A stretch of DNA of 64,000 bases from Eledone cirrhosa. Its lineage: Eukaryota. Positions within the stretch are counted from its first letter, which is position 1. Each line of letters opens with the position of its first letter. The position numbers and the translations under genes were made by a program. The notes under the pieces were generated by a model. That model saw only the letters and a program-made list of their open reading frames with translations, made no database searches and had not been told where the DNA came from. The stretch spans positions 7,130,001-7,194,000 of the forward strand of contig OZ024745.1 in assembly GCA_964016885.1 (NCBI GenBank). The letters run 5' to 3'. This document shows positions 30,001 through 42,376 of the stretch, piece after piece.

Positions 30001-33000
30001 TAGTTAGAAGGTCAGATAGAATGGTAGAGTTGTTGGAACGTCAGATGGAATTGTAGAGTGGTTAGAAGGTCAGATAGAATGGTAGAGTGGTTAGAACGTC
30101 AGATAGAATGGTAGTGTGGTTAGAAGGTCAGATAGAATGGAAGAGTGGTTTGAACGTCAGATAGAATGGTAGGGTGTTTAGAAGGTCAGATAGAATGGTA
30201 GAGTCGTTAGAACATCAAATAGAATGGTAGAGTGCTTAGAACGTCAGATAGAATGGTAGAGTGGTTAGAACGTCAGATAGAATGGTAGAGTAGTTAGAAA
30301 GACAGATAAAATGGTAGGGTTGTTGGAACGTCAGATGGAATTGTAGAGTGCTTAGAAGGTCAGATAGAATGGTAGAGTGGTTAGAACGTCAGATAGAATG
30401 GTAGTGTGGTTAGAAGGTCAGATAGAATGGTAGAGTGGTTTGGACGTCAGATACAGTGGTAGAGTTGTTAGAACGTCAGATAGAATGGTAGAGTCGTTAG
30501 AACGTCAGATAGAATGATAGAGTTGTTTGAACGTCAGATAGAATGGTAGAGTCGTTAGAACGTCAGATAGTATGGTAGTGTGGTTAGAAGGTCAGATAGA
30601 ATGGTAGAGTGGTTTGAACGTCAGATACAAAGGTAGAGTGGTTAGAACGTCAGATAGAAGGGTAGAGTTGTTAGAACGTCAGATAAAATGGTAGAGTGGT
30701 TAAAACGTCAGATAGAATGGTAGAGTGGTTAGAACGTCAGATAGAATGGTAGAATAGCTAGAACGTCAGATAGAATGGTAGAGTGGCTAGAACGTCAGTT
30801 AAAATGGTAGAGTGGTTAGAACGTCAGATAGAATGGTAGAGTTGTTAGAACGTCAGATACAATGGTAGAGTGGTTAGAACGTCAGATAGAAGGGTAGAGT
30901 TGTTAGAACGTCAGATAGAATGGTAGAGTTGTTAGAACGTCAGATACAATGGTAGAGTGTTTAGAACGTCAGATAGAAGGGTAGAGTTGTTAGAATGACA
31001 GATAGAATGGTAGAGTGGTTAGAACGTCAGATAGAATGGTAGAGTTGTTAGAACGTCAGATATAATTGTAGATTAGTTAGAAGGTCAGATAGAATGGTAG
31101 AGTCGTTAGAACGTCAGATAGAAAGGTAGACTGGTTAGAACGGCAGATAGAATGGTAGAGTGGTTAGAACGTCAGATAGAATGGTAGAGTGGCTAGAAGG
31201 TCAGATAGAATGGTAGAGTGGTTATAACTTCAGATAGAATGATAGAGTGGTTAGAACGTCAGATAGAATAGTACAGTGGTTAGTACGTCAGAAAGAATGG
31301 TAGAGTGGCTAGAAGGTCAGATAGAATGGTAGAGTTGTTATAATGTCAGATAAAATGGTAGTGTGGTTAGAACGTCAGATAGAATGGTAGAGTGGTTAGA
31401 ACGTCAGATAGAATGGTAGAGTCGTTAGAATGTCAGACACAATGGTAGAGTGGTTAGAACGTCAGATAGAATCGTAGAGTGGTTAGAACGTCAGATAGAA
31501 TGGTAGAGTGGTTAGAACGTCCGATAGAATATTAGAGTTGTTAGAAGGTCAGATAGAATGGTAGAATGGTTTGAACGTCAGATAGAATGGTAGAGTGGTT
31601 AGAATGTCAGATAGAATGGTAGAGTGGTTAGATTGTCAGATAGAATGTTAGCGTCGTTAGAAGGTCAGATAGAATGGTAGAGTGGTTAGAAGGTCAGATA
31701 GAATGGTAGAGTGGTTAAAACGTCAGATAGAATGGTAGAGTGGTTAGAACGTCTGATAGAATGGTAGAGTGGTTAGAAGGTCAGATAGAATGGTAGAGTG
31801 GTTAGAACGTCAGATAGAAGGGTAGAGTTGTTAGAACGTCAGATAAAATGGTAGAGTGGTTAAAAGGTCAGATAGAATGGTAGAGTGGTTAGAACGTCAG
31901 ATAGAATGGTAGAATAGCTAGAACGTCAGATAGAATGGTAGAGTGGCTGGAACGTCAGTTAAAATGGTAGAGTTGTTAGAACGTCAGATACAATGGTAGA
32001 GTGGTTAGAACGTCAGATAGAAGGGTAGAGTGGTTAGAACGTCAGATAGAATGGTCGAGTGGTTATAACGTCAGATAGAATGGTAGAGTGGTTAGAACGT
32101 CAGATAGAATGGTAGAGTAGTTAGAACGTCCGATAGAATGGTAGAGTGGTTAGAACGTTAGATAGAATGGTAGAGTTGTTTGAACGTCAGATAGAACGGT
32201 AGAGTCGTTAGAACGTCAGATAGAGTGGTAGAGTGGTTAGAACGTCAGATAGAATGGTAGAGTCAGTAGAACGTCAGATAGAATGATAGAGTTGTTTGAA
32301 CGTCAGATAGAATTGTAGAGTGGTTAGAACGTCAGATAGAATGGTCGAGTGGTTATAACGTCAGATAGAATGGTAGAGTGGTTAGAACGTCAGATAGAAT
32401 GGTAGAGTAGTTAGAACGTCAGATAGAATGGTAGAGTTGTTAGAAAGTCAGATAGAATGGTAGCGTTGTTAGAACGTCAGATAGAATGGTAGGGTGGCTA
32501 GAATGTCAGATAGAAATGTAGAGTGGTTAGAACGTCAGATGAAATGGTAGAGTGGTTAGAACGTCAGATAGAATGGTCGAGTGGTTATAACGTCAGATAG
32601 AATGGTAGAGTTGTTAGAACGTCAGATAGAATGGTAGGGTGGTTAGAACGTCTAATAGAATGGTATAGTGGCTAGAATGACAGATAGAATGGTAGAGTGG
32701 TTAGAACGTCAGATAGAATGGTAGAGTTGTTAGAACGTCAGATATAATTGTAGATTAGTTAGAAGGTCAGATAGAATGGTAGAGTCGTTAGAACGTCAGA
32801 TAGAAAGGTAGACTGGTTAGAACGTCAGATAGAGTGGTAGAGTGGTTAGAACGTCAGATAGAGTGGTAGAGTGGTTAAAAGGTCAGATAGAATGGTAGAG
32901 TGGTTAGAACGTCAGATAGAATGGTAGAGTGTCTAGAAGGTCAGATAGAATGGTAGAGTGGTTATAACGTCAGATAGAATGATAGAGTGGTTAGAAGGTC

Positions 33001-36000
33001 AGATAGAATGGTAGTGTGGTTAGAAGGTCAGATAGAATGGTAGAGTGGTTTGAACGTAAGATAGAGTGGTAGAGTGGTTAGAACGTCAGATAGAATGGTA
33101 GAGTCATTAGAACGTCAGATAGAATGATAGAGTTGTTTGAACGTCAGATAGAATGGTAGAGTCGTTAGAACGTCAGATAGAATGGTAGTGTGGTTAGAAG
33201 GTCAGATAGAATGGTAGAGTGGTTTGAACGTCAGATAGAATGGTAGAGTGGTTAGAACGTCAGATAGAATGATAGAGTTGTTAGAACGTCAGATAGAATG
33301 GTAGAGTGGTTAGAACGTCAGATAGAATGGTAGAGTTGTTAGAAGGTCAGATAGAATGGTAGTGTTGTTAGAACGTCAGATAGAATGGTAGAGTTGTTAG
33401 AACGTCAGATAGAATGGTAGAGTGGTTAAAAGGTCAGATAGAATGGTAGAGTGGTTAGAACGTCAGATAGAATGGTAGAGTAGCTAGAACGTCAGATAGA
33501 ATGGTAGAGTGGCTAGAACGTCAGTTAAAATGGTAGAGTGGTTAGAACGTCACATAGAAGGGTAGAGTTGTTAGAATGTCAGATAGAATGGTAGAGTGGT
33601 TAAATAGTCAGATAGAATGGTAGAGTGGTTAGAATGTCAGATAGAATGGTAGAGTAGCTAGAAGGTCTGATAGAATGGTAGAGTGGTTAGAAGGTTAGAT
33701 AGAAAGGTAGAGTGGTTAGAATGTCAGATAGAATGGTAGAGTTCTTAGAACGTCAGATAGAATGGTAGAGTTGTTAGAATGTCAGATAGAATGGTAGGTG
33801 GGATAGAAGGTCAGATAGAATAGTAGATTGGTTAGAAGGTCAGATAGAATGGTAGAGTCGTTAGAACGTCAGATTGAATGGTATAGTGGTTAGAACGTCA
33901 GATAGAATGGTAGAGTAGTTAGAAGGTCAGATAGAATGGTAGAGTTGTTGGAACGTCAGATGGAATTGTAGAGTGGTTAGAAGGTCAGATAGAATGGTAG
34001 AGTGGTTAGAACGTCAGATAGAATGGTAGTGTGGTTAGAAGGTCAGATAGAATGGAAGAGTGGTTTGAACGTCAGATAGAATGGTAGGGTGTTTAGAAGG
34101 TCAGATAGAATGGTAGAGTCGTTAGAACATCAAATAGAATGGTAGAGTGCTTAGAACGTCAGATAGAATGGTAGAGTGGTTAGAACGTCAGATAGAATGG
34201 TAGAGTAGTTAGAAAGACAGATAAAATGGTAGGGTTGTTGGAACGTCAGATGGAATTGTAGAGTGCTTAGAAGGTCAGATAGAATGGTAGAGTGGTTAGA
34301 ACGTCAGATAGAATGGTAGTGTGGTTAGAAGGTCAGATAGAATGGTAGAGTGGTTTGGACGTCAGATACAGTGGTAGAGTTGTTAGAACGTCAGATAGAA
34401 TGGTAGAGTCGTTAGAACGTCAGATAGAATGATAGAGTTGTTTGAACGTCAGATAGAATGGTAGAGTCGTTAGAACGTCAGATAGTATGGTAGTGTGGTT
34501 AGAAGGTCAGATAGAATGGTAGAGTGGTTTGAACGTCAGATACAATGGTAGAGTGGTTAGAACGTCAGATAGAAGGGTAGAGTTGTTAGAACGTCAGATA
34601 AAATGGTAGAGTGGTTAAAACGTCAGATAGAATGGTAGAGTGGTTAGAACGTCAGATAGAATGGTAGAATAGCTAGAACGTCAGATAGAATGGTAGAGTG
34701 GCTAGAACGTCAGTTAAAATGGTAGAGTGGTTAGAACGTCAGATAGAATGGTAGAGTTGTTAGAACGTCAGATACAATGGTAGAGTGGTTAGAACGTCAG
34801 ATAGAAGGGTAGAGTTGTTAGAACGTCAGATAGAATGGTAGAGTTGTTAGAACGTCAGATACAATGGTAGAGTGTTTAGAACGTCAGATAGAAGGGTAGA
34901 GTTGTTAGAATGACAGATAGAATGGTAGAGTGGTTAGAACGTCAGATAGAATGGTAGAGTTGTTAGAACGTCAGATATAATTGTAGATTAGTTAGAAGGT
35001 CAGATAGAATGGTAGAGTCGTTAGAACGTCAGATAGAAAGGTAGACTGGTTAGAACGGCAGATAGAATGGTAGAGTGGTTAGAACGTCAGATAGAATGGT
35101 AGAGTGGCTAGAAGGTCAGATAGAATGGTAGAGTGGTTATAACTTCAGATAGAATGATAGAGTGGTTAGAACGTCAGATAGAATAGTACAGTGGTTAGTA
35201 CGTCAGAAAGAATGGTAGAGTGGCTAGAAGGTCAGATAGAATGGTAGAGTTGTTATAATGTCAGATAAAATGGTAGTGTGGTTAGAACGTCAGATAGAAT
35301 GGTAGAGTGGTTAGAACGTCAGATAGAATGGTAGAGTCGTTAGAATGTCAGACACAATGGTAGAGTGGTTAGAACGTCAGATAGAATCGTAGAGTGGTTA
35401 GAACGTCAGATAGAATGGTAGAGTGGTTAGAACGTCCGATAGAATATTAGAGTTGTTAGAAGGTCAGATAGAATGGTAGAATGGTTTGAACGTCAGATAG
35501 AATGGTAGAGTGGTTAGAATGTCAGATAGAATGGTAGAGTGGTTAGAATGTCAGATAGAATGTTAGCGTCGTTAGAAGGTCAGATAGAATGGTAGAGTGG
35601 TTAGAAGGTCAGATAGAATGGTAGAGTGGTTAAAACGTCAGATAGAATGGTAGAGTGGTTAGAACGTCTGATAGAATGGTAGAGTGGTTAGAAGGTCAGA
35701 TAGAATGGTAGAGTGGTTAGAACGTCAGATAGAAGGGTAGAGTTGTTAGAACGTCAGATAAAATGGTAGAGTGGTTAAAAGGTCAGATAGAATGGTAGAG
35801 TGGTTAGAACGTCAGATAGAATGGTAGAATAGCTAGAACGTCAGATAGAATGGTAGAGTGGCTGGAACGTCAGTTAAAATGGTAGAGTTGTTAGAACGTC
35901 AGATACAATGGTAGAGTGGTTAGAACGTCAGATAGAAGGGTAGAGTTGTTAGAACGTCAGATAGAATGGTAGAGTTGTTAGAACGTCAGATACAATGGTA

Positions 36001-39000
36001 GAGTGGTTAGAACGTCAGATAGAAGGGTAGAATTGTTAGAATGACAGATAGAATGGTAGAGTGGTTAGAACGTCAGATAGAATGGTAGAGTTGTTAGAAC
36101 GTCAGATATAATTGTAGATTAGTTAGAAGGTCAGATAGAATGGTAGAGTCGTTAGAACGTCAGATAGAAAGGTAGACTGGTTAGAACGTCAGATAGAGTG
36201 GTAGAGTGGTTAGAACGTCAGAAAGAGTGGTTGAGTGGTTAAAAGGTCAGATAGAATGGTAGAGTGGTTAGAACGTCAGATAGAATGGTAGAGTGGCTAG
36301 AAGGTCAGATAGAATGGTAGAGTGGTTATAACTTCAGATAGAATGATAGAGTGGTTAGAACGTCAGATAGAATGGTACAGTGGTTAGAACGTCAGATAGA
36401 ATGGTAGAGTGGCTAGAAGGTCAGATAGAATGGTAGAGTTGTTATAATATCAGATAAAATGGTAGTGTGGTTAGAACGTCAGATAGAATGGTAGAGTGGT
36501 TAGAACGTCAGATAGAATGGTAGAGTCGTTAGAATGTCAGACACAATGGTAGAGTGGTTAGAACGTCAGATAGAATCGTAGAGTGGTTAGAACGTCAGAT
36601 AGAATGGTAGAGTGGTTAGAACGTCCGATAGAATATTAGAGTTGTTAGAAGGTCAGATAGAATGGTAGAATGGTTTGAACGTCAGATAGAATGGTAGAGT
36701 GGTTAGAATGTCAGATAGAATGGTAGAGTGGTTAGAATATCAGATAGAATGTTAGCATGGTTAGAAGGTCAGATAGAATGGTAGAGTGGTTAGAAGGTCA
36801 GATAGAATGGTAGAGTGGTTAAAACGTCAAATAGAATGGTAGAGTGGTTAGAACGTCAGATAGAATGGTAGAGTGGTTAGAAAGTCTGATAGAATGGTAG
36901 AGTGGTTAGAAGGTCAGATAGAATGGTAGAGTGGTTAGAACGTCTGATAGAATGGTAGAGTGGTTAGAACGTCCGATAGAATGTTAGAGTCGTTAGAAGG
37001 TCAGATAGAATGGTAGAGTGGTTAGAAGGTCAGATGGAATGGAGAGTGGTTAGAACGTATGATAGAATGGTAGATTGGTTAGAAAGTCAGATAGAATGGT
37101 AGAGTGGTTAGAACGTCAGATAGAATGGTTGAGTGGCTAGGACGTCAAATTGAATCGTAGAGTGGTTAGAACGTCAGATACAATGGTAGAGTGGTTAGAA
37201 CGTCAGATAGAAGGGTAGAGTTGTTAGAACGTCAGATACAATGGTAGAGTGGTTAGAACGTCACATAGAAGGGTCGAGTTGTTAGAACGTCAGATAGAAT
37301 GGTAGAGTGGTTAAAAGGTCAGATAGAATGGTAGAGTAGCTAGAAGGTCTGGTAGAATGGTAGAGTGGTTAGAAGGTTAGATAGAAAAGTAGAGTTGTTA
37401 GAATGTCAGATAGAATGGTAGAGTTCTTAGAACGTCAGGTAGAATGGTAGAGTGGTTAGAACGTCAGATAGAATGGTCGAGTGGTTATAACGTCAGATAG
37501 AATGGTCGAGTGGTTAGAACGTCACATAGAATGGTAGAGTAGTTAGAACGTTAGATAGAATGGTAGAGTTGTTAGAACGTCAGATAGAATGGTAGCGTTG
37601 TTAGAACGTTAGATAGAATGGTAGGGTGTCTAGAATGTCAGATAGAAATGTAGAGTGGTTAGAACGTCAGATGGAATGGTAGAGTCGTTAGAACTTCAGA
37701 TAGATTGGTATAGTGGTTAGAACGTCAGATAGAATGGTAGGGTGGTTAGAACGTCTAATAGAATGGTATAGTGGCTAGAATGACAGATAGAATGGTAGAG
37801 TGGTTAGAACGTCAGATAGAATGGTAGAGTTGTTAGAACGTCAGATATAATTGTAGATTAGTTAGAAGGTCAGATAGAATGGTAGAGTCGTTAGAATGTC
37901 AGATAGAAAGGTAGACTGGTTAGAACGTCAGATAGAGTGGTAGAGTGGTTAAAAGGTCAGATAGAATGGTAGAGTGGTTAGAACGTCAGATAGAATGGTA
38001 GAGTGGCTAGAAGGTCAGATAGAATGGTAGAGTGGTTATAACGTCAGATAGAATGATAGAGTGGTTAGAACGTCAGATAGAATTGTACAGTGGTTAAAAC
38101 GTCAGATAGAATGGTAGAGTGGCTAGAAGGTCAGATAGAATGGTAGAGTTGTTATAATGTCAGATAAAATGGTAGTGTGGTTAGAACGTCAGATAGAATG
38201 GTAGAGTGGTTAGAACGTCAGATAGAATGGTATAATCGTTAGAATGTCAGACACAATGGTAGAGTGGTTAGAACGTCAGATAGAATCGTAGAGTGGTTAG
38301 AACGTCAGATAGAATGGTAGAGTGGTTAGAACGTCCGATAGAATGTTAGAGTCGTTAGAAGGTCAGATAGAATGGTAGAATGGTTTGAACGTCAGATAGA
38401 ATGGTAGAGTGGTTAGAATGTCAGATAGAATGGTAGAGTGGTTAGAATGTCAGATAGAATGTTAGCGTGGTTAGAAGGTCAGATAGAATGGTAGAGTGGT
38501 TAGAAGGTCAGATAGAATGGTAGAGTGGTTAAAACGTCAGATAGAATGGTAGAATGGTTTGAACGTCAGATAGAATTGTAGAGTTGTTAGAATGTCAGAT
38601 AGAAGGGTAGAGTCGTTAGAACGTCCGATAGAATGTTAGAGTCGTTAGAAGGTCAGGTAGAATGGTAGAATGGTTTGAACGTCAGATAGAATTGTAGAGT
38701 TGTTAGAATGTCAGATAGAATGGTAGAGTGGTTAGAATGTGAGATAGAATGGTAGCGTGGTTAGAACGTGAGATAGAATGGTAGAGTGGTTAGAACGTCA
38801 GATAGAATGTTAGAGTCGTTAGAAGGTCAGATAGAATGGTAGAGTGGTTAGAAGGTCAGATAGAATGGTAGAGTGATTAAAACGTCAGATAGAATGGTAG
38901 AGTGGTTAGAACGTCAGATAGAATGGTAGAGTGGTTAGAACGTCAGATAGAATGGTAGAGTAGTTAGAAAGTCAGATAGAATGGTAGGGTTGTTGGAACG

Positions 39001-42000
39001 TCACATGGAATTGTAGAGTGCTTAGAAGGTCAGATAGAATGGTAGAGTGGTTAGAACGTCAGATAGAATGGTAGTGTGGTTAGAAGGTCAGATAGAGTGG
39101 TAGAGTGGTTTGAACGTCAGATACAGTGGTAGAGTTGTTAGAACGTCAGATAGAATGGTAGAGTCGTTAGAACGTCAGATAGAATGATAGAGTTGTTTGA
39201 ACGTCAGATAGAATGGTAGAGTCGTTAGAACGTCAGATAGAATGGTAGTGTGGTTAGAAGGTCAGATAGAATGGTAGAGTGGTTTGAACGTCAGATACAA
39301 TGGTAGAGTGGTTAGAACGTCAGATAGAAGGGTAGAGTTGTTAGAACGTCAGATAAAATGGTAGAGTGGTTAAAAGGTCAGATAGAATGGTAGAGTGGTT
39401 AGAACGTCAGATAGAATGGTAGAATAGCTAGAACGTCAGATAGAATGGTAGAGTGGCTGGAACGTCAGTTAAAATGGTAGAGTTGTTAGAACGTCAGATA
39501 CAATGGTAGAGTGATTAGAACGTCAGATAGAAGGGTAGAGTTGTTAGAACGTCAGATAGAATGGTAGAGTTGTTAGAACGTCAGATACAATGGTAGAGTG
39601 GTTAGAACGTCAGATAGAAGGGTAGAATTGTTAGAATGACAGATAGAATGGTAGAGTGGTTAGAACGTCAGATAGAATGGTAGAGTTGTTAGAACGTCAG
39701 ATATAATTGTAGATTAGTTAGAAGGTCAGATAGAATGGTAGAGTCGTTAGAACGTCAGATAGAAAGGTAGACTGGTTAGAACGTCAGATAGAGTGGTAGA
39801 GTGGTTAGAACGTCAGAAAGAGTGGTTGAGTGGTTAAAAGGTCAGATAGAATGGTAGAGTGGTTATAACGTCAGATAGAATGGTCGAGTGGTTAGAACGT
39901 CACATAGAATGGTAGAGTAGTTAGAACGTTAGATAGAATGGTAGAGTTGTTAGAACGTCAGATAGAATGGTAGCGTTGTTAGAACGTTAGATAGAATGGT
40001 AGGGTGTCTAGAATGTCAGATAGAAATGTAGAGTGGTTAGAACGTCAGATGGAATGGTAGAGTCGTTATAACGTCAGATAGATTGGTATAGTGGTTAGAA
40101 CGTCAGATAGAATGGTAGGGTGGTTAGAACGTCTAATAGAATGGTATAGTGGCTAGAATGACAGATAGAATGGTAGAGTGGTTAGAACGTCAGATAGAAT
40201 GGTAGAGTTGTTAGAACGTCAGATATAATTGTAGATTAGTTAGAAGGTCAGATAGAATGGTAGAGTCGTTAGAACGTCAGATAGAAAGGTAGACTGGTTA
40301 GAACGTCAGATAGAGTGGTAGAGTGGTTAAAAGGTCAGATAGAATGGTAGAGTGGTTAGAACGTCAGATAGAATGGTAGAGTGGCTAGAAGGTCAGATAG
40401 AATGGTAGAGTGGTTATAACGTCAGATAGAATGATAGAGTGGTTAGAACGTCAGATAGAATTGTACAGTGGTTAAAACGTCAGATAGAATGGTAGAGTGG
40501 CTAGAAGGTCAGATAGAATGGTAGAGTTGTTATAATGTCAGATAAAATGGTAGTGTGGTTAGAACGTCAGATAGAATGGTAGAGTGGTTAGAACGTCAGA
40601 TAGAATGGTATAATCGTTAGAATGTCAGACACAATGGTAGAGTGGTTAGAACGTCAGATAGAATCGTAGAGTGGTTAGAACGTCAGATAGAATGGTAGAG
40701 TGGTTAGAACGTCCGATAGAATATTAGAGTCGTTAGAAGGTCAGATAGAATGGTAGAATGGTTTGAACGTCAGATAGAATGGTAGAGTGGTTAGAATGTC
40801 AGATAGAATGGTAGAGTGGTTAGAATGTCAGATAGAATGTTAGCGTGGTTAGAAGGTCAGATAGAATGGTAGAGTGGTTAGAAGGTCAGATAGAATGGTA
40901 GAGTGGTTAAAACGTCAGATAGAATGGTAGAATGGTTTGAACGTCAGATAGAATTGTAGAGTTGTTAGAATGTCAGATAGAAGGGTAGAGTCGTTAGAAC
41001 GTCCGATAGAATGTTAGAGTCGTTAGAAGGTCAGATAGAATGGTAGAATGGTTTGAACGTCAGATAGAATTGTAGAGTTGTTAGAATGTCAGATAGAATG
41101 GTAGAGTGGTTAGAATGTGAGATAGAATGGTAGCGTGGTTAGAACGTGAGATAGAATGGTAGAGTGGTTAGAACGTCAGATAGAATGTTAGAGTCGTTAG
41201 AAGGTCAGATAGAATGGTAGAGTGGTTAGATGGTCAGATAGAATGGTAGAGTGGTTAAAACGTCAGATAGAATGGTAGAGTGGTTAGAACGTCTGATAGA
41301 ATGGTAGAGTGGTTAGAAGGTCAGATAGAATGGTAGAGTGGTTAGAACGTGAGATAGAATGGTAGAGTGGTTAGAACGTCAGATAGAATGGTTGTGTGGT
41401 TAGAACGTCTGATTGAATGGTAGAGTGGTTATAACGTCAGATAGAATGGTAGCGTGGTTAGAACGTCTGATAGAATGGTAGAATTGTTAGAACGTCAAAT
41501 AGAATGGTAGCGTGGTTAGAACGTCAGATAGAATGGTAGAGTTGTTAGAACGTCAGTTAGAATGATAGAGTGGTTAGAACGTCAGATAGAATCGTAGAGT
41601 GCTTAGAACGTCAGATAGAATGGTAGAGTGGTTAGAACGTCCGATAGAATGTTAGAGTCGTTAGAAGGTCAGATAGAATGGTAGAATGGTTTGAACGTCA
41701 GATAGAATGGTAGAGTCGTTAGAATGTCAGATAGAATGGTAGAGTGGTTAGAATGTCATTTAGAATGTTAGCGTGGTTAGAACGTCAGATAGAATGGTAG
41801 AGTGGTTAGAAGGTCAGATAGAATGGTAGAGTGGTTAGAATGTCAGATAGAATGGTAGAGTGGTTAAAACGTCAGATAGAATGGTAGAGTGGTTAGAACG
41901 TCTGATAGAATGGTAGAGTGGTTAGAACGTCTGATAGAATGGTAGAGTTGTTAGAACGTCTGATAAAATGGTAGAGTGGTTAGAAGGTTAGATAGAATGG

Positions 42001-42022
42001 TAGAGTGGTTAGAAGATAGAAT
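1..42022 (+). repeat. Satellite DNA array, 29-bp monomer GATAGAATGGTAGAGTGGTTAGAACGTCA, about 1450 copies, open at the left window edge
   Basis: Head-to-tail monomers throughout, differing mostly by substitutions with rare 1-3 bp indels. Consensus composition A10 G10 T7 C2. Stop codons on both strands (TAG x3 on +, TGA/TAA on -) explain the empty ORF track. No insertions or orientation switches seen. Confidence 0.99.
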
Positions 42023-42053
42023 ACTTTGTCGTTACGACTCTCTGCTTTGTGTC
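42015..42053 (+). mobile_element. SINE family A body remnant fused to the last satellite monomer
   Basis: GATAGAATACTTTG-tc-GTTACGACT matches the reverse complement of the SINE at 48011-48042 (GATAAAATACTTTG-cgatgtttt-GTTACGACT): 13/14 plus 9/9 with a 7-nt gap. Confidence 0.6.
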
Positions 42054-42199
42054 ACAGGTCAAGAGAGAGAGGGGCCTGTCTTCAAAGTCATTTATTTCAT
42101 AAAAGTAGCTAACACTGTGTAAAAGACTGAATGGTTTCAAATCTTGGTTGGTAGAGTTCCATGTCGTTTATGACATCTATAACATTGACTTCCCATCTA

Positions 42200-42376
42200 G
42201 GAACAAGGTCAGCAAATTTGGGAGAAGGGCAAAACACGATTAAATCGACCCTACTACTTGATTCTGGCTTTTATCGACACCCCAACTGGAAGAATAAAAG
42301 ACAAATTTGGGTGGGATTTGAACTCAGAATATACAAAAGCCAGGAAAATATCATTTTATCCGACACCAACGCACCA
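42200..42376 (-). mobile_element. tRNA-derived SINE, family A, degenerate
   Basis: B-box GAGTTCAAATCCC on - strand (42313-42325). Shares ACAAGG-CAGCAA, GATTAAATCGACCC and TTTTATCGAC blocks with other copies in the window. Confidence 0.8.

Noticed and set aside
1-42022. CRISPR array (29-bp repeat length)
   Set aside because: Monomers are contiguous with no unique spacers, there are no cas genes, and the context is eukaryotic.
1-42022. Relationship to human satellite II/III through GAATGG
   Set aside because: One 5-6 bp match per monomer and no pentamer periodicity.
1-42022. Monomer built purely from 8-12 bp TAGA subrepeats (TAGAATGG / TAGAGTGGT / TAGAACGTCAGA)
   Set aside because: The internal similarity is real and not excluded, but it does not explain the SINE-matching sequence at the array junction, so it is ranked below the SINE origin.
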